DNA from: Phoronis australis
Taxonomy: Eukaryota > Animalia > Phoronida
Reading direction: 5' to 3'
Assembly (NCBI GenBank): GCA_002633005.1
Contig: NMRA01000003.1
Location: 200,129 to 264,128, forward strand
DNA length: 64,000 nt
In this document: positions 36,801 to 48,500 of the stretch, in pieces
Layout of the letters: each line of letters starts with the position of its first letter
How positions within the stretch are numbered: position 1 is the first letter of the stretch
Translations under genes and position numbers: made by a program
Notes under the pieces: model-generated
What the model was told of the DNA's origin: nothing
What the model saw: the letters and a program-made list of their open reading frames with translations, nothing else
Databases searched by the model: none

Positions 36801-39800
36801 ATTACAAGGTTCTGGAAAGTGTTTGGTTCCCTTCTATGCTTTTGTCTACAAAAAGGCTCCACCTTCCATCATATTAAATGGGTTTTGAGCAGCAAAAAGT
36901 GTTGCAAGGTTATCTGTAGCCTCACTGATAAATCTGAAGAACGCTAGGCCCAAGGAAAGACAAAAGTTTCGTAGAAATCTTAACATGACAAGACTAGGTG
37001 TCGGTTGAGGCAGTAGTGTATTCAGTGCAGCGCTTGTCATGTTCAAATGAACTCTAGGCAAAGGTTACTGACGAGTGAGAAGTTTGACAAGTAATTCTAG
37101 ACACCAAATAGTGAGATGAAGCAATCATGTGGACATAAAGAAAAAAATTAATAAAGAAGCCATCTCTGATAACTGTGAAATGTATTTACAATGTAGATTT
37201 CAACAGGAGTGTGGCAGTGATTACACCTAGCCATGTTACCATAGCGACCTGGGTTAACCGGAGCTGTAGATCTAGTAAATAAGGTCTTCGACAATACCAA
37301 CAGGACAAGTATAAGCCATTTAACTTGTAACTTAGTAACAAACCTTGAGAGTAAGAAGCAGCTGAACAGCATTGCTGTGAGGTGATGGCTTTGGGAAACC
37401 TAGAAAGTGGCATGTGCGGAAGAATGTCAGGTACCCAAACGACCAAATCAAGCTGACAACATGACAATATCTGAAACAGAATAAGTGAACCATTTATACA
37501 TCAACTTTTCCTGTCTCTGACATGACCTATTTTTAGTGCTTAGACTTATAGCAAAGGGAATGTGATTGGACTGAAGACATGACTTTGCAACTGTTTTGGT
37601 TTTGTAGTCAAGGACTGTGTAACTTTTTGAAGGTTTGCCCTGCCATCCCAACACACCATCAAAATGTCCTGCTTTTTAACACAAGATGAAACTGTCCAAC
37701 ATGCTACAGCAACTTCCTCTGCAGCACAGCCTTGTGTTTATCTTCGACTGGAAAAGAAAAGCTAAGGAAAGGCAAATCCCCACAGGGCATTACTGCACTC
37801 GCAATTTCCCATTTGAGTAAAAAATGCTGCTTTTTGTGACTGTAGTACATGGACCGCCAACTCCGTATACTTTCAATGGACGAAATCTGTGACCTTACGC
37901 ACAAGCCCTTACGTCATTATTCACTGGCGACACCTGGCTAAATTATCTGGTGCAATTTCCGGCAAGTACGTCGTCTGCTAATCATGGTCGGCTACTGTGT
38001 GGCCGGTTGTTCGGCCACACAAGCGAAATGCAAAGGAATTAGCTTCCATACCATCCGAAGACCCCCTAATCGGCAGTGGGAAGAAAACCTTACTTCTTGA
38101 GTCAACGTGAATGGCAGTTGTTTCAGCAATAAGACTTTATACATTTGTTCAAGGCACTTCGAAGATGAATGTTTTTAAGAGACTCTACTACTTAATCCTG
38201 TTTTCACAAATCCATTTTTGTTTTCTCCGTTTTGATGAAAACTATCTGGTAAACTTTTTGACGAAAATTATCCGCTAAATTTCTTCGTAAACTCTTGTCC
38301 TTACGAGGAAGTTCAGCCATAGCCTAGTGAGCGAATTAACCAAATTACTCTTCGCTGGCCCTGATCAGACAGTTGGTCTCAGCAGAATGCGCACATTTGG
38401 CCAGGATTTGGATCAGCGATTTCAACAAATTCACATTCGTGTACAAATAAATAGAACGCTGGTAAAACCTTTAACATAAATAAAGATTACAGTAATACTT
38501 CATAAATAACCACCCGGACCAGTCAAAATCTATCTCGCAATTCAACAGCAGGTTACACACTCATTTCACATCGAATGTATGCCGCACAAAATCTCTCGAC
38601 TGCAGTCTATGAAAATGCAACCAACTTCTTTGAAAACATGGAACAGGAACACCAGAGGGGTGTAAAGGTTGTTTTTATTCTTCAATGTTAATTTTTTTGT
38701 AAGCAGACATATGTTTTTGTAAATTTCCGCCTTAAGTCCTAACATTTCTAAACTTAAGCCTTTCAAACGAACGTTTATGACAAAAACAAAATTCTTCAAC
38801 CAGTTTTGTAAAGTCCTATGCCACCTGTAGGGTACATAATGAGCCAATCCCACTCCTGTTGTAACATAAGGGTCCCGTGCATAAAGGATACTAAGTATTG
38901 CCCTTCTGAAATATTACCGTATGCGCCCTAATAAGCGGCCAGGGTGCTTAGAAAAATCCGCTTCAGGAAGGGGGCGCTTATTATAGCCCAAAAGTGGTTG
39001 AAACCCGGTCTCCGAAACAGGTGAAATCGTGAGCTAGAATTCATAAAAGTTACGNCACGTGCACGATACTTGGTCTATTATTTTCCCGCCGTAAATGCAT
39101 GAACCAATCAGATCACCAACATGGCGCAAAGTTTTCGAAAACAGCTCAATTTTTAGGGAGTCCTGTTTTACTGTTCTATTTATTTTCAAAACTTTATTAT
39201 GTTACATTTAGCTTATTTTCTGTTCAACTCAATGAAGCCACCTAATATGAATGCATTCAACACAATTAATGCATTGTAAAAACCAAAAGTTATGCTCTAT
39301 CAACGTTAGACAAAATCAGTACACCCTTTTCTTAAAAAATGGGTAAAAAGTTAGAAACAAAGGACACAAGTTTCCATCACTTGTAATGTCCATTTTCGAC
39401 ATTGATGTTGGGGAGCAACAACAGCCTGGCGACAGCAACACGTAATCACACGAAGGCGATGATTTTCAAAATTTGATTCGTTTTCGTAGCCATGTCTTTT
39501 TACCCTATGGTTCAGGGCTACTTCTGAATCCAGGAACAAGAACTGAAAAAGGCAGGGTTCGTGATAACGTTGGAGAACGGTAACACTTATATAAGGTGAT
39601 ACAACTGTCATCGATATTGCCATCTTCTCTGTTTTCATCCTTCCCAGATGAAAACTTGAATGAAGAGGACCTTCAGTACTTGAGTGAGCATGGTATAGTG
39701 TGTGATTTATGTTGAATTATTCAACGGTTCTTTTAAGAACCATTTCACGCTATGGCTACAACCAACGGCCCTTTTAAGGGCCACTCAACACTTCTCAGAA

Positions 39801-41400
39801 GAACTGCTCACTTGACTCATGTTGATTTATAAACATGCTTTCGTAGTTTTCTTAGTAGGCCTATGTGAAACATAATTCAAAAACTGTCCGATAACTATGC
39901 TGCTATTGGGCAAGCAGACGACATAATCAGTTGGCACCGAAGTTTGAATTTTGTAATTAATTACCAGTAGCATAACCAAAAGTACTCATAATATCAACAC
40001 TTCTACTATTGAAAGAGTTTGAAAAGCGTTTCAATGCCGAAATTAATATTAATTAATATTTTTTTCATTGTTTTGGACAGTAAAGTAGATGCAAGTATTT
40101 CTCGTCAAGATACACTGACCGGAAACTGCAGCAGATAGGTCAGGAGAGTTCAACTCAGCACGTAAGGATATGCCGGAGTTACAAATCTGTTGTCCATAAT
40201 CTATGCTAATAGCAACCATGTATTTTCCGTTTGAGAAAAAATAGTGCAAAAAACACTGGTGAGTACTTTTAGATGTTATGATATCTGAAATTTTCTGAAC
40301 GAGCAAAGTCTAAGACACTAGCAGGGCATTTCTGTGTGCTGCCACAGACATTTCAATCTTACATTTAGGGATAGACCCAGATGTGCCCCCTTCTAACTGC
40401 AATTCCCTGATTTTTAAAGTCATGTATCCCTTTTTCTCATTACTGAGTGTTAGCAACTACAACACCGTAGGCCAAAAATGTTCATTAATTTGCAAGTCAA
40501 TAGCTTTCTCCAGTGCTTGAGAGCAGATGAGATGAGAGCAGATGTTGATGATTTCTGTAGAAAATGAAGCCCAACCAGTGGTGTTTATTTCTTTGTTTTT
40601 GTTTGTTACAGTTTCTAACAACAGGGACAGAAAGTGTGATGTCATGGTACTGAGGTAGTCCAGGATATTCAGCTATCTTGGTTCTAGCTCTTGCCACGTC
40701 TGGGAAATTACACTGGGTCAAAAGTTACAAATGGAGAAGAGTTAATCTTTGTTTAAGAAAAAAACGTGGTCAATATGCTAATATGTTTGAATCACAATCA
40801 TACTCATAGTTTCTGTGGCATGAGCTTCAGATTTAAAAGTTACTTTTTGTTAAATTCTGCAGTTTCTGTTTGTCTCATTCCATGCAGTTGTGTGATGCAA
40901 TCATTTTCTATCCATGTCCAAGGAAACACACCAATAAACGCAATACCTTGTAGTATTTATAGTGCATTGGAGACGATCAGAAGCTGAGGGCGCCTGTGCC
41001 TGTGGTTCAAAAAACGCAGTCACATGCTCAACGGACTATGTTTCATCAAGAGACAATCAATCAGTTTCAGAGGTCAGAGGTGAAGGAGTCACGACTTCCA
41101 TATGTTACGCCTTATTCAATGAATGAAAGTGGATCCCTAAATTATGGGGCTACTATATTCGACCAGTGACAGCGCCAATATAACTCACCTCGGGGGAATA
41201 ACGCCGACCAGCAAGCAGTTCACAACCGCCGTTATCACTGAATGCAGTGTGTGTTCTTTGCACACAACAACCACCATAGCTACGCCAATAAAGGCACATA
41301 GAAGTTGCTTTGGTCTCCCAGGGCGAAACTGTTTGACAAAGTGTCCTAAAATTAAGGACAAGACTAGCAAAATGGTATACACAAAATCGTCGGGAGACAT
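27900..41400 (-). CDS. MBOAT7: Lysophospholipid acyltransferase 7 (MBOAT7/LPIAT1), about 468 aa; exons 41400-41189, 37470-37344, 35783-35609, 33654-33503, 32585-32374, 31459-31286, 28254-27900
   Basis: Motifs MSPDDFVY, SFGYLTFFR, NAVQLLLTLKMIALAFEVHD, YSYCYIGLLTGPYFRYRTY, AGFGAYP....PKCGQGPT, GMRAWNMSVQYWLATYIY and the catalytic SAYWHGIHPGYFLSF. 1407 nt in phase. Confidence 0.95.
28590..28950 (+). repeat. Dispersed repeat, copy A (pair with 30617-31000)
   Basis: AGTATGTTAAGAGC..GCTCTGAG, GGGATCTCGC.GTGACGCAATATGGCACGAAAAGGCAGCTTC and AACAAAATTCC.TTGAAGTT.GGCTTT are shared between the two copies. Confidence 0.75.
30152..30492. repeat. Minisatellite, 35-bp unit TGCCA(C/T)GACTCTACTGTGTCTGATATAGTTGTGTT, about 10 copies
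   Basis: Exact 35-bp periodicity (30152, 30187, 30222, ...) with near-identical copies. Confidence 0.95.
30617..31000 (+). repeat. Dispersed repeat, copy B
   Basis: Homologous to 28590-28950; contains a small internal tandem of GCGTCCTATTCAAACCCCTAT. Confidence 0.75.
32930..33055. repeat. (TG)n microsatellite ending in (GC)n
   Basis: Directly visible; contains an assembly N at 32969. Confidence 0.95.
35200..35495 (+). mobile_element. Penelope-like element 3' fragment (GIY-YIG endonuclease C-terminus)
   Basis: 35249-35374 translates ILDQAETTKELKMRESIHISWLKPELNIKQ..., matching the typical Penelope IL..A....L..ES.HI...KP.LN.Q motif. Confidence 0.6.
37984..38178 (+). pseudogene. THAP zinc-finger fragment, probably transposon-derived, antisense in MBOAT7 intron 1
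   Basis: Translates MVGYCVAGCSATQAKCKGISFHTIRRPPNRQWEENLTS*VNVNGSCFSNKTLYICSRHFEDECF*: the C-x3-C...SFH...W...CSxHF THAP signature with one internal TGA. Confidence 0.7.
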
Positions 41401-44343
41401 TTTGTTCTTAGTGCCACCTATTGAAAGCCAAATTTCGGGACGCCTTCTAACGGTGGAAATAGAAGTCACTTTCGAAGTCACACTTGTTTGCATATCTTGG
41501 TCTTTTAATTCGGTTTTGTTTTTGCATTTGTCTTTGTTTATTCCAACTTCATGAACCATCCCTGGTTTATGCCACATCCTGGTGCTTTGGATCCTCAAAA
41601 TTTATTTGAATACTAATACTGTGAGGCCAACACGCTCCGAGAGACCACCGCCGAGTCGCCGCCGAGTCCGTCGGACTCGAGCCACGCGCCCCATGGCAGG
41701 CCGACCACCGTCGTCCAGGTCCCCAACGGTTCAGACACCCGCAGATATCAATCTCTGTACATGATGGGGTGCAAACTAAGTGCTTCTGTGATCAGATGTT
41801 GAGTACCTATGTTCTATGCTAATTAAGTGCTCTGGCCCCGCCGCGCCCTGAGGCAGGGGCCGCCAGCGGTCAAAAATTTGATGTGTAAAATTTTTAACTC
41901 GTGGAACATGCCCCGCTTGCCGCCGCTGTTGATTGGTGAAAATGTATAGAGGAGTGGGAATTTTTAATTTTTAATCTTTTTTCTAAAACAACCATCAGCA
42001 ACTAGTAAGGGGTGTTACTTGCAAGGATCAAATACTCATGCACATATTCGATACTATTGAAACATATACCGGGCATGGTTTCCCGAGAGGCGGATCCAGG
42101 ATTTTGAGTTAGGGGGGCCACAGCAGAGTATTAGCCAGGATTTTGCCCGTCTGACATTCGCATCTCCCACATAACGCTTAATCGTCGTGAGAGACCGTCC
42201 GGAGTTGGTGTGGGGTCGAGTCTACAGAACCGCAGTTCACCTTTGAGTCTACACCAATGTAATCAACGAGAGTAGTTCTACTTGCTGCGTCAGCTGCTGG
42301 TATGCTCATCTCTTTTATGACACACAATTTTTGACTGGGCAAAGCGTTTTCAATAACGCGGATAAATCAGTGGAGTGTGAGTCCCCTGAGGTCCCAAGTC
42401 CTCACGGCAATTTTACGTTATGAACTGCCACATGGAATCTGGGAGAATTTTAGGGGGGCCATGGCCCCCTTGGCCTCCCTCTACTGACGGCTACTGGTTT
42501 CCACTAGTCAACGACAATGGTTTCGAGAGCCTAGTTAAGATACCAATCTATTCAACAGTTAAACGTTCGCATGCTCTTTTGTCATGCATACCGACTCAGG
42601 GCTTATCTATAACGGTTCAAAAAGTTCACTAAAACCGTTCATCGATGGGTACCGCTGACGGAGCCGAAACCACACGCATCTTGGCTTTTTTGACACTTGT
42701 TCTTCGGGTAAAAATGATTCAAGCTAAACTTTTTACGAAGAATTAAAGTTCAGAAGTAGAAGTGCTCCAAAAATCACCAGCGGTATGTCAATTTATTTTG
42801 CCCATTGTTTCATTGCTATTCTTAATGCGCTTTACCGTTCATATCATAGCCTTCCATCGGGTCTCTTGACGACATCGGGAATACTATGCAAATCTAATGA
42901 CAACAAATATGGCGCTGTGCAACTTTCCGAGTTTCTAATAGAAAAAGAAAAATGTGCGTGGAGTGACGAAATAGTAGGCGACGACCGGAGTGCACGGGGA
43001 AGAATTTGAAGACCGGACGCGAAGGCCGGGTGCGCCGAACTAGAATAAAGGGATACACCCAGAGCTGACACACCCCATATTGGAGTGGACATAAGTTTAC
43101 CATGCCTTCCACACTTTAATATTAAACTTCCACTCGTAGTCATCAACAACGCTGCATGATAAATTCTTCCCTCTCCTCAGCAGAGCTACGCTAATCGGAT
43201 ACTTGACCGATTGGCTCTCCTAGTCGTCTACTCTCGACAGTTTTCTTGCCGTTGAAATCAACAGATTTGCCCTAATACATTCCAAACCACGCACGTTTTG
43301 CCTTTAGTGAGATCCTCTTTATAAGGGCAGAGCGCATTATCTAGGATAACCTTTTCTTACGAATGGTCGGAGCATGTTTCAAAACAGCCACTTAGCATTG
43401 AAAAATGTCCCTTGAAGTACTTCTCCACCGTTAGAAACGATCCGCGGTCACTTTCGACGTAGACAAAGTGTACCTTAGAGTCACTAAAATACCCCAAAAA
43501 GCAAAATTGTACCGGTGGCGTTTTCGAGAAAATGTGTAACTTCACTTCGAAGAAATCTTGTTCCGAAAGCAATAATTACGAAATCGTGTATAACACGCAG
43601 GAAAAACTGTTTTTGCTGGTTTTGACATGATCCCAACTTTTACTTATTTCAAATAATTGATATTTTATGGAGTTTCAGCGCTTGGATATTGAAGAATTGA
43701 GATCTACTAACAATTTTATATTGATATTCTCTCATAACCATGGCAACGGACACTACTGCCGTTAGTACACTACAGCAAATGAACGAGATACATGACAAAG
43801 ATGTGCAGAACGAAAGCACACTTCAAGACCAGTCACGTCGAAATATAGCCGTCATTTCATATCCTTGTTGTCTTTCCTGGAACATAATCTTCTCTGCTAC
43901 ATGTTCTTTGTGTCCATCAAACAGACAACACCTTCTTAGGTTTTATGAACTAGCGGAACTATGGATTCAAACCAATGAGCTAAATACTCTGCGTTAAGTT
44001 CATCATTGCGTTCTGTATATTTTGACAAATATCGCAAAGAATGTACGACGTAACGTGCAATTTGTAACTATGCATACTTGGAAACACTAAAGGAAGCCTC
44101 TGCAAAAACCTGGGCTTTTTGGTGATGCTCAATTCATGTACAGCAGTGTGTTTTCAATTTTAAATGAAAAAATATTTTGAGGATACAAAGTTGTCAAGCA
44201 TTGAATAAATACCTTGAACAGAGCCTAAGAAATGACTTGGAAGATTTTGGTAGTGTATTTTATTTACCATTTCTATTCAGCAAAGTCTGAAAACGCGTGG
44301 GGGGCGCTTATAGGGGCATGGGCGGTTATTACGGCGAATACGG
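38917..44343. mobile_element. Pair of inverted TA-flanked DNA-transposon ends (TA|CCGTAT...ATACGG|TA; Tc1-mariner/pogo-like) bracketing MBOAT7 exon 1
   Basis: Left end CCGTATGCGCCCTAATAAGCGGCCA versus right-end reverse complement CCGTATTCGCCGTAATAACCGCCCA (21/25 match). GGGGCGCTTA subterminal motifs at both ends. May be two separate relics. Confidence 0.45.
42083..42496 (+). mobile_element. MITE (GGCGGATCCAGGATTTTGAG family), long variant, 5-bp TSD GTTTC
   Basis: GTTTC at 42078-42082 and 42497-42501; shares both ends with 47475-47639 and 58574-58733 but has about 250 bp of extra interior. Confidence 0.75.
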
Positions 44344-45509
44344 TAATTTGAATATATCACCCAATATAAATTAATTTAATTAAAATCTAACACCGAAGTT
44401 ATTAGTTAGGATCTAAACTCATGTCTTACCGCGAACAACATTTAACAATAGACAATCACACAGACAACATGACCTTGTGCATAAACGACTGTTGACGACA
44501 TAAATACGAACAACAGTTAATAATGCATTAGAATTCGTCAACAGTAAGTAATTGAAAACAAATCAAAACATATATGCGGTAACGCTTCTTTACTCAGAAT
44601 ACAATACGACGGATCAAGGAAATTTCATTTTACCAAATTTCTGAATATAAGAGAACAGAAAGAAATATCATTCATTGTTAACAGAGCGGTTGTCAGTCAG
44701 TACATTGTGAAGGTTTTATGTTTCCGCAATGACGTGAGCTCTTACAATTTTAAATTGGAAAAACGAATATAAATTTATGTGATTACTTGTGTTCAGATTT
44801 AAAGAAAATTTACCACTTTGTTGAATATCCCGAGATTTGTGAACTATTGATTTCACGTTATTTACTTCGTGCACATCACACAAATTAAGCAACAAAAGTA
44901 GTTGAACGGTCATTCTACGTTAGGGCCTACTTGTGAAATAATTCTAGTCGTTTATACTGATTCTGTTTTTCCCATGCCGTGCTAGTCATATCGTTATTGT
45001 GATATGTCTTTATTTATAAATTTAACGTCTCATTAGAAATAAAAAATAATCTGAATTGTGTAGCTGCTATTATGGTAGTCAGAGCTCTGAAACCAATTAC
45101 CCAAACGTGTAAAGTCTACGGACTACAATCATTTTTTAAAACATTTTATACCCACGTGGACTAAACCCTGGGCAAATGCATAACGTGCAAATTTCCTTTC
45201 TATTACTTTTTCACCTCTTTCGTCATTTTTTGATACGTAACATATCTTTTATGCTTATGGTAATATCGTGATTTTAATTTCACTGGATTTTCACCTTATA
45301 TGATGCTGTTGTTTTTATATTAATTGCTATGTGTTATTGGTGGTATCAGGAAGAGAGTGGTATACATGTCAGTAAGAAAAATACACCGACAATGCGATTT
45401 GCCATTATAAGAACCACACAAACATAATTTCAAGGCACCAGCTTTTACATTTAAGCATAATCTTTTAGGGCCGTTCTCGTGGTAGCTTTTTCGCCACGCT
45501 GAGTTTTCA

Positions 45510-48500
45510 CTAATTCCTTCCCACAAGTCTCAGCAGGAGCTCTCGGTAGTCACCGACGGTATCACCCTGAATCATTTTGTAGAGTGTCTTGTTATACCTG
45601 GTCAAAAAAGCCTCTTTGATATTCACCAGGTCAATCTGTAGAGAAGAAAGTTAAAGTGGCCATTAACATTCAAAATGAACTTAATCCAAACGTACAACCC
45701 TCGTTGTCGGAATCTTTAGCCCCATAAGAAACTTGTTTCCCTCACATACAGCGCATATTGGTCTAAAATGTTCTCCTTCACACTGTTCTATTCGCCTGGC
45801 AACATTTTGACGCACTAATAGCTAAGTCAGTCAGGGTCAGATAACTTGTCTACTGCGTTACAATACTGCATAAATATTTTTTAATCGTGCCTATTAATCT
45901 GTGGGTCATTATGATATAGTATCGCTTATCCTTGTTATCTTATTAATTGTTTACATTCAATGGACTCGCAAACAGTGGCTGGGTGGCAAGTCGGCGGGTT
46001 AGTAATGGGTGAACGATTGACCGGGTAGTTTTGTGAAGTATTCCTGACATTGCAATCGTCTTACGCAGTCTATTTTTAAAAAATTCAAATAATATGATGC
46101 ATTAATTTAATGCATTAGAAAAGTACCCCTATGAAAGGCGGCAAAATGCACACGCACAACAGAACAGAATTGCTTTTTCTTTAAAAATGACAAAAAGGGA
46201 AAATGGGGCATGTTTCCATATCCTTGTTTCCACTTACCCGAACATAATGCCGTTTGTCGTCAAATGCAATGTCTGAGAGGAGGTCACTTAATGTATGGTT
46301 AGTCTTGAGCGGCCATTCTTAACATTACGCGAGAACGTGATTGTATTTTACACTGCTTCTGTGTATATGGGTTTGCGGGTGTTAAGAAACAAGTAAATGC
46401 AACGAAATTTCTGAGTAACGCCTCAACATACTGAGCGGAACCATCGTGCACCCCTGTCCATAAAAACAGGGGCACTCAGAGAATTGGGCATTTGCTTCCT
46501 GGCACCTGGTTGGTCCAGTTCGAGTTCTGGTCTGATGATTGAGTAGCCTCAGCAATTTCTACCTATATCATAACCCAAGTTCCATCCAAAGTACCACCAA
46601 CAAACCAAAAAATACTGGATTTAGATATTTGCATTCGTCACAGCCACGAGCAGATGGTGTCATTACCATACTGACCTGCAAACTGTTGGTACCAAAAGGT
46701 AATTTACAGTCAGCAAGAAATGGAATCGTAACAGAAATACTGGTCGTTCGAAACGCGTTAAATAAAACAGTCAACTGATTTTACTGCAAGAACTATAAGG
46801 CATGCATCCCCGCATCAGGCTTAGTCATGAAAGCAGCTGTAGAACTAGAAAAGACAACAAAACTGTAGACAGCCAACAACAGGCAGAAACAACACTAGAC
46901 ATTGTTTTTTTTTGGTTTCTCGGTTTTTCCGATTTCGGTTACCCAATACCTTAAGTGGAGCTGTAACCATGTTGGGCTATTAATTTAGTATTTCAGCATT
47001 TTCGCGAAGACTACAAGTTTGATAGTTTTAGACTTATACAGACTTATTTAAGAAGAAATAGTCATTTCTCACTTTTCGACTAAAACACTCAGTTTGAAAC
47101 AAGAGGTAATTCTTCACATGCAGTCAAAGACACACCTCAGAACGAGAGATTACGATGCGTATGAGAGTAGAATCATCCGTCCCAGCACCCTTCATTGACT
47201 TCCAAAGTCTTTCAGCAAAGTACTCAGGTCGGCTGCGGACACACATGACAACAGCCTTGAACCCTTCCTTCAAATCACCGGACATCTCACGTTCGATAGA
47301 GTTGATGATATCTCGCTGTGAAATCTGATTAGAAAACATTCGCGTTCAAAATGTGTGTATTCCTTCACTGTTAAGACGAAATTTCATTAAAATGTCATTT
47401 GACGTACCAGTTTTCAACGTTTGAAATCACAGTACATTTCAATTCTTTGATGAACCCATAAAAGTGACATAATCCAGAAGCGGATCCAGGATTTTGAGTT
47501 GAGGGGGGGGAACACGGCAGAGTGCAGAGTATTAGCAAAGATTTTTCCCGTCAGACATTCGCACCAACTGCCACATGGAATCTGGGAGAATTTTAGGGGC
47601 GGCCATGGCCCCCTTGGCCCCCCTCTAAATCTCCCACTGTAATCGCAAAATACCGACTATACACGCTGCGGCATGTCGTGACCAGTTTCTTTTGAAATTT
47701 GGGTATCCACACACATAGTCTAACAGGAATACTATTACTTATTGCTGCAACACCACACCTAGTGGAAAGTGGGCGCCCACCATTACTGTATCGCCTCCGG
47801 CTGGTAAAACAAGAAAGTAAGACAAGCAACGAGTAAAAACCTACTGGTATGAGTTAAAGATAATAGTTAAATAAAATTCGACCTCTTCCGAAGTGGCACA
47901 TGGTTATAAGACATGGGCACCGTTTCTTAAAAAGACGTAAATTTGGTCTTAGCTACGATGGTTGAATCTTAATTTTTTATCGGCGAACAATTTTTGAAGC
48001 AGGTTCACGAACGTAGGCTGCGCTCAGTTAGAATGTGATCTTCAGTTTCATCTATGTCAGTAGCACTCGATTTACTTACTTCAGGTAATCCCCTGTCTTA
48101 GCTTCGAAAAAATCGCGGGGTCTAATATTTTCACTCGAAATCGAACGCGAAATTATTTTTAACATTTTCNACTGTTAAGACGAAATTTCATTAAAATGTC
48201 ATTTGACGTACCAGTTTTCAACGTTTGAAATCACAGTACATTTCAATTCTTTGATGAACCCATAAAAGTGACATAATCCAGAAGCGGATCCAGGATTTTG
48301 AGTTGAGGGGGGGGAACACGGCAGAGTGCAGAGTATTAGCAAAGATTTTTCCCGTCAGACATTCGCACCAACTGCCACATGGAATCTGGGAGAATTTTAG
48401 GGGCGGCCATGGCCCCCTTGGCCCCCCTCTAAATCTCCCACTGTAATCGCAAAATACCGACTATACACGCCGCGGCACGTCGTGACCAGTTTCTTTTGAA

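Noticed and set aside
41401-41598. 66-codon in-frame extension upstream of the MBOAT7 ATG
   Set aside because: Homology begins at MSPDD with a good AAAATG context; the extension is most likely open 5' UTR, although upstream ATGs exist.
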